Below are positions 34,084-42,156 of a stretch of DNA of 44,247 bases, one piece after another (the stretch's first letter is position 1; every line of letters starts with the position of its first letter). Below the pieces are notes generated by a model that ran no database searches, was not told the DNA's origin, and saw nothing but the letters and a program-made list of their open reading frames with translations. The stretch is from Candidatus Bipolaricaulota bacterium (GTDB lineage Bacteria; Bipolaricaulota; Bipolaricaulia; UBA7950; UBA9294): contig JAPLGE010000103.1 of the NCBI GenBank assembly GCA_026390315.1, forward strand, positions 1 to 44,247, read 5' to 3'. The position numbers and the translations under genes are program-made.

Positions 34084-35468
34084 GGGGCCTCTTCCGCCCG
34101 CATCAAAAGGACGCGGCGCGTCGATTTGCACACGCGGACGGCGTCGGAGAGACGGACCCCGACGACCCACACGATCTTCTCTCGGTCGCAGAGGAGCGGC
34201 ACGCGGTCCCGACGGTAGAACGGGACATGCTCGTCCAGAAGGAGGTCGCTCAGCTTCTTCTCCTCCGCCATACCCAGGGGCCGGAAGCGATCGCCCGGCC
34301 GACGAGACCGGAGGTGAAGCGGGAAGGCAATCCGGTCGGCGTCGGCGATCTCGCTCGATCGAACCTCGCCCTGCTGGAACGACGTCGAGCCGTCCCATTC
34401 CTCGAGCGCCAGCTCAAGAGAGAGGCCGAACTCCCCGGCCTCCGTTGTCCCGAGGCCGACCGGAAGCGGAGGAAGAGATGCGGCGGACTCCTGCGGCGGG
34501 GCGACGAGAAGCTCGTCACCTTGGGCGCGGGCCGCGAGCCCGGGGAGGGCGAGCTCCGCGTGAGCGAGGGGAGACGCAACCAGTTCTCGCAGCGCGTCGA
34601 CGTGCTTCTTCTCGATTCCTTGGAGGTCACCTCGGGCGCGCGCGACGGCGCGGCGCAGGAGAGGCCCCTGTACGGCCTCCGGGAGGCGTGCCACCGCGCG
34701 GCGGTCGAGACGCACGCGACCGACCGCTTCCTCCTTCAGGACCTGCTGCCACGGCCTGTCCAGGAGCACGTCTAGGGCGGCCGCTTCCTCCGCGAGGAGG
34801 TCGGCGGCGCGGGCGAGGGCCTCGGCAAGTCGCGGGTTCATCCGCTCGAGCGCCGGTAGGAGCTCGTGGCGGATCCGGTTGCGGGAGAAACGAAGGTCCG
34901 CGTTCGTCTGGTCCTCTCGCCAGGCGAGGCCCGAGTCCCGGGCGAACGCGGTCACCTCGGCGCGCGTCGTCTCGATCAGCGGGCGGACGTACGGCGGGTT
35001 CACCGGTCGGATCCCGACGAGTCCGGACGGCCCACTGCCGCGGATCAGGTGGAACAGGATCGTCTCCGCCCGGTCGTCCTGCGTGTGGCCGAGGGCGATC
35101 CGCGTCGCGCCGACCTCGCGCGCCGTCGTCTCGAGAAACGCCCGCCGCACCTCGCGGCCGGCCTCTTCGAGGGTCTGCCGGCGCTCCGCCGCGTGGGCGC
35201 GCACGTCCGCGCGCTCGGCCACAACGCGGATCCGCTTCCTTTGCCCGACATCAAGGACGAACCGCGCGTCGCTGCTCGACTCGTCCCCGCGCAGGCCGTG
35301 ATCGAGATGAGCGATCACCAGTTGGACGCCGAGTTCCGGCGCGAGGCCGTGCAACACCTCAAGCAGGGTGACGGAGTCGACGCCCCCGGAGACGGCGACG
35401 AGGATCGTTTCCCCCGCCGAGACCATCGAGTAGCGCGCGATCGTCTCCCCGACTTTCTTTCGCAGCAT
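34080..35468 (-). CDS. tilS: tRNA(Ile)-lysidine synthase
   Basis: PP-loop VAVSGGVDS, LDHGLRG and a C-terminal TilS substrate-binding region. Confidence 0.9.
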   Translation of the reverse strand: MLRKKVGETIARYSMVSAGETILVAVSGGVDSVTLLEVLHGLAPELGVQLVIAHLDHGLRGDESSSDARFVLDVGQRKRIRVVAERADVRAHAAERRQTLEEAGREVRRAFLETTAREVGATRIALGHTQDDRAETILFHLIRGSGPSGLVGIRPVNPPYVRPLIETTRAEVTAFARDSGLAWREDQTNADLRFSRNRIRHELLPALERMNPRLAEALARAADLLAEEAAALDVLLDRPWQQVLKEEAVGRVRLDRRAVARLPEAVQGPLLRRAVARARGDLQGIEKKHVDALRELVASPLAHAELALPGLAARAQGDELLVAPPQESAASLPPLPVGLGTTEAGEFGLSLELALEEWDGSTSFQQGEVRSSEIADADRIAFPLHLRSRRPGDRFRPLGMAEEKKLSDLLLDEHVPFYRRDRVPLLCDREKIVWVVGVRLSDAVRVCKSTRRVLLMRAEEAP

Positions 35469-35474
35469 GGGTCG

Positions 35475-35503
35475 ATTGTGGCGGGGCCCCTCTTTGAAAT
35501 CAA
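35475..35503 (-). promoter_or_regulatory. promoter of tilS-rseP (leaderless geometry)
   Basis: The minus strand reads TTGATT (35503-35498), 17-nt spacer, CACAAT (35480-35475), then 6 nt to ATG 35468. No SD. Confidence 0.5.
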
Positions 35504-35540
35504 CGCTTGCTCGTCGAGGTTGGCAGGGCTACGCTGTGGC

Positions 35541-36101
35541 ATGCGGCTCGCTCTTGGGGTTTGCCTTCTCTGCGCCCTCTCGGTGGGCGGCTCGGCGTAT
35601 CCCCACGTCGGCCTCTTCGAGCTTCCGGTCGCCTCGACCCTGGGCGGCGCCGGCCGATCGACGGTCGAGGTCGGTTTCTTCGCCCAGGGAAGCGATCTCC
35701 TTCACGTCGTGCGGGCCCTGGGGGCACGCGTGGACCTCGTCGCGACGGCGCGAGCGGACGGACCGCTCTCGTTTGGCCTTCGCGCTCTCGCCCTGGATGA
35801 CCTGGGGCCACTCGAGATCGTGGTGGAGCTTGGAACCGGCGGAGTCGGGTTCGCGGCCGGCCTTCTCCTGGGTCCGCTCCGCCTCGACTGGGCACGGGTC
35901 TTCGTCAAGGACGGCCGGCGGGCGGCGATCGGGACCTTCTCCCTGGCCGATCGCCTGAGCCTTGCCTTCGGGGCAGAGGCTTCGGGGGAGAGACGCTCCG
36001 TCGTGGCGGCTCTGCGGCTCCTCGCCCGAGAAGGGAACTGGTGGATCGTGGGCTGGGTCCGCGCAGGGTCGTTCGGGGTGTCCGTGGGGGGGATGCTGTG
36101 A
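35541..36101 (+). CDS. hypothetical exported beta-rich protein
   Basis: Signal peptide MRLALGVCLLCALSVGGSA, then alternating hydrophobic/polar strands (STVEVGFFA, LSFGLRALAL, AAIGTFSLA, WIVGWVRAGSFGVSVG). No family recognised. The stop overlaps the next start (GTGA). Confidence 0.5.
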   Translation: MRLALGVCLLCALSVGGSAYPHVGLFELPVASTLGGAGRSTVEVGFFAQGSDLLHVVRALGARVDLVATARADGPLSFGLRALALDDLGPLEIVVELGTGGVGFAAGLLLGPLRLDWARVFVKDGRRAAIGTFSLADRLSLAFGAEASGERRSVVAALRLLAREGNWWIVGWVRAGSFGVSVGGML

Positions 36102-36988
36102 AGCGCTCGGCCACCTTCTTCTTTCTCCTGGCCGCGTTTCTCGCAGGCGCGGCCGCCGGTTCGCCGCTCACGGTCCTCTACACGAACGACCTCCATGTCC
36201 GCCTCGAGCGGCTGGAGAGCCTGGGGCATCTGGTGGCTGAGGAGCGCGAAACCGGCGCGCCTGTTCTCCTCGTCGACGCAGGAGACACGTGGCAGGACTT
36301 CCGCTCGCCGCTCAGCGCCGTGTGGGGGGCGGACGCGATGGTCGCCTGGATGAACCGGGTCGGCTACTCGGCGATGGCCTTGGGAAACCACGATCTCTAC
36401 CTCGGCGCGGACCGGCTTGCCGAGCTCGGCGGCGAGGCGCGCTTCGATGTCCTCTGCGCGAACCTCCATCCCTGCGGGGACTTCGCCCCCCTTTTCCTCC
36501 CGTACTCCACCGTCTCCTGCGGGGACCTGCGCGTACTTCTTGTCGGCCTCGTCACGAGCGAGCTTCTTCCCTACGGGGAGTTTCCTTGGCTTCGCTACGA
36601 GGATCCGGCCGCGGCTCTCGCCGCGGTTCTGGACGAGCGGCGAGGGACGGCGGATCTCGTGGTCGTCCTGTGCCACCTTCCGGTGGCCGAGGCGAGGGGA
36701 CTTGCGGCGGACGTCCCCGGAGTCGGTCTCTTCGTGACCGGACACTCACACGAGGAGACGAGAGAGCCAGTTCGCGTCGGCGACAGCCTCATCGTGCAGG
36801 CCGGGTCCTTCGGCCGGACTCTCGGTCGCCTTCGCCTGGATGTCGACGGCGCGGCCAGAACGGTCCGGGTCGTCGACAGCTCCCTCCTCGAGACAGAAGA
36901 GGCCCCGGTCGAGGTCAACCGGGGCCTTGTTCGCCTTCTTCAGGTCGTCTTTCTGATGGGAGCGCTCTTCGTCCTCTTCCTTCTCTAG
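36098..36988 (+). CDS. exported calcineurin-like metallophosphoesterase (5'-nucleotidase N-domain type) with C-terminal TM anchor
   Basis: Signal peptide FFFLLAAFLAGAAAG. Metal motifs TNDLH, DAGD, GNHD and GHSH. Hydrophobic C-terminus LLQVVFLMGALFVLFLL. No 5'-nucleotidase C-terminal domain. Confidence 0.75.
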   Translation: MKRSATFFFLLAAFLAGAAAGSPLTVLYTNDLHVRLERLESLGHLVAEERETGAPVLLVDAGDTWQDFRSPLSAVWGADAMVAWMNRVGYSAMALGNHDLYLGADRLAELGGEARFDVLCANLHPCGDFAPLFLPYSTVSCGDLRVLLVGLVTSELLPYGEFPWLRYEDPAAALAAVLDERRGTADLVVVLCHLPVAEARGLAADVPGVGLFVTGHSHEETREPVRVGDSLIVQAGSFGRTLGRLRLDVDGAARTVRVVDSSLLETEEAPVEVNRGLVRLLQVVFLMGALFVLFLL

Positions 36989-37356
36989 AAGCGGTAGGAG
37001 AACGTGAGACCGTCCTCCGTCAAGCCGATGGAGAACCCCTGCTCTTTCGCCACGGTGTAGGCGTCGTACCCGCTGTACACGGCCCAGACGAGGTGAGCCA
37101 GGCCGACCGCGGAGTACCCGTACCAGCCCCATGGCATGAGTGCGGTCAGGTACCCGCCGCCGATCAGGATCACGACGTCAATCCCGAAATGCACGATCGC
37201 CTTGTCGATTTCGTCGTTCAAGAGTTGCCCAAGTCCAGGAATGGCAAAGGACGCGATGGCCGGAATCCACGCCTCGCGGTTCGCGGCGCTGACTCCCACC
37301 CCGACCGTAGCCAGTAGACAGACGACGACACTTGCTGCCACCAAGCGCTTCACCAT
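36985..37356 (-). CDS. small membrane protein (PGLGQ-motif family), C-terminal ...FSYRF
   Basis: ATG 37356 is preceded by an AGAGGAGG SD. Signal/TM segments, the IPGLGQLLN motif, and an aromatic C-terminus. The track ORF start at 37473 was trimmed. Confidence 0.55.
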   Translation of the reverse strand: MVKRLVAASVVVCLLATVGVGVSAANREAWIPAIASFAIPGLGQLLNDEIDKAIVHFGIDVVILIGGGYLTALMPWGWYGYSAVGLAHLVWAVYSGYDAYTVAKEQGFSIGLTEDGLTFSYRF

Positions 37357-37384
37357 GGCGTGATTGCCTCCTCTTGCGCGGTTC

Positions 37385-38260
37385 TTAGAAGAACACCACA
37401 AACCCCACCGACGGCCAGATGGTCCAGAACATGTCATATGAGAGCCCGGCATCGAAGTAGAACCCCGAGCCAATGCGGAACATCGCTCCGAGGCCGATCT
37501 GAGGACGCCAGATCATGCTCGTCCCCAGATTCAGGTAGAGAAGGATGCCCCCCATCCTGTCCTTGGTTGCCTTGACAAGATCGTCCATGGTGATCCCTGG
37601 GGAGTTCTGAGCCAAGTCAAGGGCCTTGTCCTCGACATCCTTGGGAGAGGGGACGAGGTACATGCGCCAGACAACGCCGAGTCCAATGGCGTTGATCCCG
37701 AAAGTCATCGTCGGATAGTTGAATCCGTTCAGAGTAGAGACGCCCAATTGGAAGCCGGAGTCGATCCCCAATGTGAATCCCCAGCGGCCGGCCACGTAGA
37801 GATCCTTGACCTGGGCGGCCAGAGTGCCGGCCGGGCCCGTAACCTGCGGCACGGCGGCCGTCGGAATCCCCGGCGTCGCCGCGGCGGCGGCGGTCTGCTC
37901 GAAGCGTATCTCCTTGATGCTCGTCAGCTTGACCGACTGGACGTCCCCGCTCGGTGAGCGCACGCCCAAGACCTCGGGGATTCCGCCGACCGTGCCCACG
38001 ATGATGTTCCCGTCGAAGGTCTCCACCGTAGTGAGCTCGCCTCTCTCGACGGGGAAGCGGATCGCCTTCAGATTCAAGCGCGCTACGGTGAAGATGTCTC
38101 CCGTGGACGAGGAGACGCTGATCACAGCCGGGATTCCAAATTCGATCTGTCCTTGGAGGACAGTTCCACTCGTCGTCACGATTGTCTCGCTGAGCCCGAG
38201 AACTGCGGCTCCGCAGACGAGGGAAACGACGACCACGCTGACCCACCAGGCCTGTCGCAT
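37385..38260 (-). CDS. hypothetical exported protein: tandem about-45-aa beta domains, Ala/Pro linker, beta-barrel-like C-terminal domain ending VVFF
   Basis: N-terminal signal/anchor WWVSVVVVSLVCGAAVLG. Internal repeat (see findings). C-terminal 140 aa has alternating-pattern strands and a terminal Phe. AAGGAGG SD. Confidence 0.6.
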   Translation of the reverse strand: MRQAWWVSVVVVSLVCGAAVLGLSETIVTTSGTVLQGQIEFGIPAVISVSSSTGDIFTVARLNLKAIRFPVERGELTTVETFDGNIIVGTVGGIPEVLGVRSPSGDVQSVKLTSIKEIRFEQTAAAAATPGIPTAAVPQVTGPAGTLAAQVKDLYVAGRWGFTLGIDSGFQLGVSTLNGFNYPTMTFGINAIGLGVVWRMYLVPSPKDVEDKALDLAQNSPGITMDDLVKATKDRMGGILLYLNLGTSMIWRPQIGLGAMFRIGSGFYFDAGLSYDMFWTIWPSVGFVVFF

Positions 38261-38297
38261 AGGCGGACCTCCTTGTCGCGCTGAGCCCCGAAGCCGT

Positions 38298-39050
38298 CTA
38301 GCCGATCTTGGCCAGGACCTCGTCCGGGATGTCGAAGTTCGCGAAGACCTCCTGAACGTCTTCGTTGTCGTCGAGTTCGTTGATGAGCTTAAGGACCTTC
38401 TCCGCGCCGCGTCCCTCCACGCGCACGGTGCTGTTGGGGACCATTGTCAGCTCGGAACGGCTCGGGGTTGCGCCCGACGCGCGAATCCTCTCGGTGAGAC
38501 GCGCCAGGTCAGCCGGGGCGCAGGAGATCTGGATCGTTCCCTCGTCTTCCTCTATCTCCTGGGCGCCCGACTCGATGAGCGACATGAGGAACTCATCGTG
38601 GCCGGCCCCCTCGGGAAGATCGGTCAGCGTGACGATCCCGCGCCGCTGAAAGAGCCAGGCGACGCTTCCGCCCGTGGCGAGGTTCCCGCCGTGCTTGCTG
38701 AAGACGTGACGGATCGACGCCGCGGCGCGGTTGCGGTTGTCGGTGACCACACGCACGAGAACCGCCACTCCGTCGGATGCGTACCCCTCGTAGGTGATCT
38801 CTTCGTAGGCGGCGGCGTCCGCCCCGGCGGTGGCACGCTTGATGGCGCGTTCGATCGTGTCCTTGGGGAGGTTGGCGGCGCGCGCCCGCTCGACCGCCTG
38901 GGCGAGCCCCGAATTCAGGTCGGGGTTAGGCTCACCGTTTCTCGCCTGTAGCGCAATCTCCTTGATCAGCTTGGAGAACAGGTTGGAGCGCTTCTTGTCC
39001 TGGCTTTCCTTGCGGTACTTGATGTTCGCCCACTTGGAGTGTCCCGACAT
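38298..39050 (-). CDS. yebC: YebC/PmpR-family DNA-binding transcriptional regulator
   Basis: MSGHSKWANIKYRK N-terminus and the full-length 250-aa family pattern. Confidence 0.93.
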   Translation of the reverse strand: MSGHSKWANIKYRKESQDKKRSNLFSKLIKEIALQARNGEPNPDLNSGLAQAVERARAANLPKDTIERAIKRATAGADAAAYEEITYEGYASDGVAVLVRVVTDNRNRAAASIRHVFSKHGGNLATGGSVAWLFQRRGIVTLTDLPEGAGHDEFLMSLIESGAQEIEEDEGTIQISCAPADLARLTERIRASGATPSRSELTMVPNSTVRVEGRGAEKVLKLINELDDNEDVQEVFANFDIPDEVLAKIG

Positions 39051-39082
39051 GCCCTTTGCCTCGCTTTCTCTGGATTCGCTCC

Positions 39083-39112
39083 ATCATAGCACCAAGTCGC
39101 CTGCGCTGGCAA
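39083..39112 (-). promoter_or_regulatory. promoter of yebC and the two downstream envelope genes
   Basis: The minus strand reads TTGCCA (39112-39107), 18-nt spacer, extended -10 TGcTATGAT (hexamer 39088-39083). Confidence 0.65.
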
Positions 39113-39137
39113 GAGCCTGCGCTTCGCACGCCACGCC

Positions 39138-40088
39138 TCACGGATTGGCGAAGGGATCCTCCCGCGAGAAGTCCGGGAGGTACTCGCGCTGGCTCTCGAG
39201 CTCCTGGGTCCACCCGTTCTCGAAGCCAAGCCTCTCCATCTCGCAGAGCACCTCCTCGTACTCCTCCGGCCGAAGCGAGCGTCCCAGGTCGGGGTGAGAA
39301 CGGACGGCCGGGGTGGGGTGATACTGGGCGAGGAGCGAGAGGTGGATGCGGGGCGAAAGCTCCTCGGCGATAAAGCGCAGGCAGCGGAGGCTATTCTCGA
39401 TCGCGCCCGGGAGGACGAGGTGGCGGACGATCAGCCCGGAGCGGAGAAGGCCCCGGGAGTCGAGAGAGACGGCCTCTCCCTTCTGCCGGTGCATCTCACG
39501 GAGGGCCCGCGTTGCGACCTGGGGGTAGTCGGGCGCGTCGGAGCAGCGGGCCGCGAGGGAGGCGTCGAGGTACTTGAGGTCGGGGAGGTAGACGTCAATC
39601 AGGCCTTCGAGCGACCGGAGCGTCTCCACGCGGTCGTAGGCGTTCGTGTTCATGACCGTGGTCGGGGAGCGCCCGCGGTCGTTGAGGCGAGCGATGATCG
39701 CCTTCATCTGGGGAACGCAGTGCGATGGAGAGACGAATCCAACGGCTGACGGGCCCCGGTCGAGGATGCGCTCGATGCGCAGGACTACCTCGTCCAGGTC
39801 GAGCGCCTGCTCGACGATCGGCCCGCGTGTCCGGCTGATCGCGGCGTTCTGGCAGTAGAGACACTGCATGTTGCAGCGCGTGAAGAAGACGTTGCACAAG
39901 CCGCTTTGGCCTGAGAGCACCGGCTCCTCTCCCTGGTGGGCGCAGACGGCGCCGATGCTATACCCGGCGCCGGTCTGGCAGTAGCCCAGGCGGCCGGAAT
40001 GCCGGTCGGCGTGGCAAAGCCGCGGACAAACGGTGCAGTCTCGGAGATCCTCAAGAGCCTCAAGGGGTGCCGGATTCTCCCTTCGCAT
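39138..40088 (-). CDS. PflX-type (COG1313-like) radical SAM protein, paralog 1
   Basis: N-terminal CTVCPRLCHADRHSGRLGYC. HQGEEPVLSG, then the CX3CX2C motif (TRCNMQCLYCQN). LIVRHLVLPG and LLAQYHPT. TATCAT -10 lies 6 nt upstream of ATG 40088. Confidence 0.85.
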   Translation of the reverse strand: MRRENPAPLEALEDLRDCTVCPRLCHADRHSGRLGYCQTGAGYSIGAVCAHQGEEPVLSGQSGLCNVFFTRCNMQCLYCQNAAISRTRGPIVEQALDLDEVVLRIERILDRGPSAVGFVSPSHCVPQMKAIIARLNDRGRSPTTVMNTNAYDRVETLRSLEGLIDVYLPDLKYLDASLAARCSDAPDYPQVATRALREMHRQKGEAVSLDSRGLLRSGLIVRHLVLPGAIENSLRCLRFIAEELSPRIHLSLLAQYHPTPAVRSHPDLGRSLRPEEYEEVLCEMERLGFENGWTQELESQREYLPDFSREDPFANP

Positions 40089-40175
40089 GGGCCAATGATA
40101 GCGGAGGAGCTCTCCCTCGTCGTCGCGGAAGGTCTTCCCGTATCATTGAGGGCGCTGTGGAGAGGCGGGAGGGCC

Positions 40176-40883
40176 ATGATCAAAGGACTCATCTTCGACT
40201 TCGACGGCCTGATTCTCGACACGGAGACCCCGGCCTTTCTCGCGTGGCGAACGGTCTTTGCCGCCCACGGATGCGATCTTCGCCTCGAGGCCTGGGCCGA
40301 TTCGATCGGCCGCAATCCGAACCACTTCGACCCTTGCACCCACCTCGAGCGATGCCTGGGGCGCCCGGTCAGCGGCGCGAGCCTGCGGCGTCAGCAAGCC
40401 GAGCAAGAGGCCAAGTTGATCGAACGCGAGTCGATCCTGCCGGGCGTGCGGGAGTACCTTGGCAGCGCGTGCAAGCTTGGACTGAAGCTGGGAATTGCCT
40501 CGAGCTCGGACCGCGGCTGGGTCATGAGGCACCTCTCGCGCCTCGGTTTGGAGCGAGAGTTCGGCGTCGTGCGGACGGCGGATGACGTCACGAGCACCAA
40601 GCCCGATCCCGAGCTCTACCTCTCGGCTCTCGCGGCGTTGGAGCTCAAGGCTGCCGAGGCCATCGCACTCGAGGACTCCGGTCACGGAGTGCTGGCCGCG
40701 AAACGCGCGGGGCTCTTCTGCGTCGCGATCCCGAATCCCCTGACGCGCGAGCTCAAGATCGACCACGCCGATCTCATAATCCACTCCCTCGCAGACATCC
40801 CGCTCGAGCGGGTCTTGGAGATCGTCGAGCTCCGGCGCCGCGGGGGCGAGGGGGCACAGGCCGAGCCCACGCGGGTCGCCTGA
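40176..40883 (+). CDS. HAD-superfamily hydrolase (beta-phosphoglucomutase/phosphatase subfamily IA)
   Basis: Motif I FDFDGLILDTE, motif II GIASSS, KPDPELY, and motif IV EDSGHGVLAAKRAG. Start trimmed to ATG 40176. Confidence 0.85.
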   Translation: MIKGLIFDFDGLILDTETPAFLAWRTVFAAHGCDLRLEAWADSIGRNPNHFDPCTHLERCLGRPVSGASLRRQQAEQEAKLIERESILPGVREYLGSACKLGLKLGIASSSDRGWVMRHLSRLGLEREFGVVRTADDVTSTKPDPELYLSALAALELKAAEAIALEDSGHGVLAAKRAGLFCVAIPNPLTRELKIDHADLIIHSLADIPLERVLEIVELRRRGGEGAQAEPTRVA

Positions 40884-40897
40884 GGAGGGAAGCGGCC

Positions 40898-41446
40898 ATG
40901 GAGTGGACCCGAGGCGACTACCGCATCAGCACGGACAAGTCCTTCCTCTCCGTGGAGAAGATCCACGCGCTCCTCTTGCGGTCATACTGGGCCTCCCGCC
41001 GGCCGCGGGAGACGATCCGCAGGTCGATCGAGGGATCCCTGTGTTACGGACTCTACTGGCGTGACGAGCAGATCGGGTTTGCCCGGGTTGTGACCGACTA
41101 CGCCACGTTCTACTGGCTGTGCGACGTCTTCATCGAGGAAGACCACCGGGGACACGGGCTGGGCAAGTGGCTTGTGAGATGCGTGGTCGAGACTCCGGAG
41201 CTTGCCAAGCTGCTTGGAGTTCTCGCCACGCGCGACGCGCTGGGATTGTACGCGCCGTACGGCTTCTCGCCGCCGGAGGCGGCAGGAACCCTGCTGTGGA
41301 GACGGCCCACCCGCCAGCCGGACGAGACGGATCCAGGAGGAGATCAAGATGAGAAAGGGCATCGGCAGCCGCTTCATGGAGGAAACGCAGTACGGCCACT
41401 TCCCCGAGACGGACCAGAAGAGGGGACTCCCGCAGCCCCCGCGTGA
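40898..41446 (+). CDS. GNAT-family N-acetyltransferase with non-conserved 3' extension
   Basis: GFARVVTD...VFIEEDHRGHGLGKWLV (Q/RxxGxG/A type) ... LYAPYGF. The conserved fold ends near residue 137 (about 41310). The ORF continues about 45 codons to 41446 and overlaps the next gene. Confidence 0.8.
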   Translation: MEWTRGDYRISTDKSFLSVEKIHALLLRSYWASRRPRETIRRSIEGSLCYGLYWRDEQIGFARVVTDYATFYWLCDVFIEEDHRGHGLGKWLVRCVVETPELAKLLGVLATRDALGLYAPYGFSPPEAAGTLLWRRPTRQPDETDPGGDQDEKGHRQPLHGGNAVRPLPRDGPEEGTPAAPA

Positions 41447-42101
41447 GCGCGTGCCTCAAGAAGGCGGGATGGAGATCCCTCTCCCGCGGCAGACCAGTTC
41501 GCGCCTGGGGAGAGCCTCTCTCGCCGAGGTGATTGAGAGACGCCGGAGTCTACGAGAGTACGCGAACGACCCGCTCACCTTGGACGAGCTATCTGCGCTC
41601 CTCTGGTGGACACAAGGAGTTCAGAAGGTCATCCCCGAGTCCCAGGTGACTCTCAGGACGGTTCCGTCGGCCGGCGCCCGACACGCCTTCGAGACCTATC
41701 TTCTCGTGAATCGGGTGCAGGGGCTCGAGAGCGGCCTCTACTACTTTCATGCCGCCACCCACGGGCTCATCCCGGTGTCCACGGAAGCGGGCCTCGCAGA
41801 TCGCCTTGAAGCGGCCTGCCTCGGTCAGGCGTCGATCGCGGCAAGTGCTGTCACCTTCATCTGGGTCGCCATCCCCTATCGCATGACCTGGCGATATGGG
41901 GAGCGGAGCTATCGCTACCTTCACCTGGACGCAGGCCACGTCTGCCAGAATCTCCACCTCGGGGCCGAGGCGATCGGCGCCGGAGCCTGCGCGATCGGAG
42001 CCTTCTCCGATGAGGCCGTAAACGACTTCCTCTCACTCGACGGAGAAGACGCGTTCGCCATCTACCTCGCCGCGGTTGGAAAGCGAGGACCGAGCCGCTG
42101 A
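41349..42101 (+). CDS. SagB/ThcOx-type nitroreductase-fold dehydrogenase
   Basis: GSRFMEETQYGH N-terminus, RRSLREY, PSAGARHAFE, and YRYLHLDAGHVCQNLHLGA. AGGAGGAG SD lies 7 nt before ATG 41349. Confidence 0.8.
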   Translation: MRKGIGSRFMEETQYGHFPETDQKRGLPQPPRERVPQEGGMEIPLPRQTSSRLGRASLAEVIERRRSLREYANDPLTLDELSALLWWTQGVQKVIPESQVTLRTVPSAGARHAFETYLLVNRVQGLESGLYYFHAATHGLIPVSTEAGLADRLEAACLGQASIAASAVTFIWVAIPYRMTWRYGERSYRYLHLDAGHVCQNLHLGAEAIGAGACAIGAFSDEAVNDFLSLDGEDAFAIYLAAVGKRGPSR

Positions 42102-42156
42102 GCCCGCGAAGGCCGGCTCTTCGCGCTGCCGACCGAGCGTCTGCACGCCCTGGCGC

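Noticed and set aside
39409-39431. A 23-nt identical stretch (CGGGAGGACGAGGTGGCGGACGA) shared by the two PflX-like genes (39409-39431 and 43268-43290), considered as a repeat element or recombination site.
   Set aside because: It encodes the conserved VRHLVLP motif in both paralogs. Identical codon choice is expected under strong GC3 bias, and the flanking sequence diverges immediately.
41349-42101. SagB-type dehydrogenase as evidence of a thiazole/oxazole-modified microcin (TOMM/RiPP) cluster.
   Set aside because: No YcaO cyclodehydratase, E1-like partner, precursor-peptide ORF or transporter is nearby. Stand-alone SagB-like nitroreductase-fold proteins with this N-terminus occur widely outside RiPP clusters.
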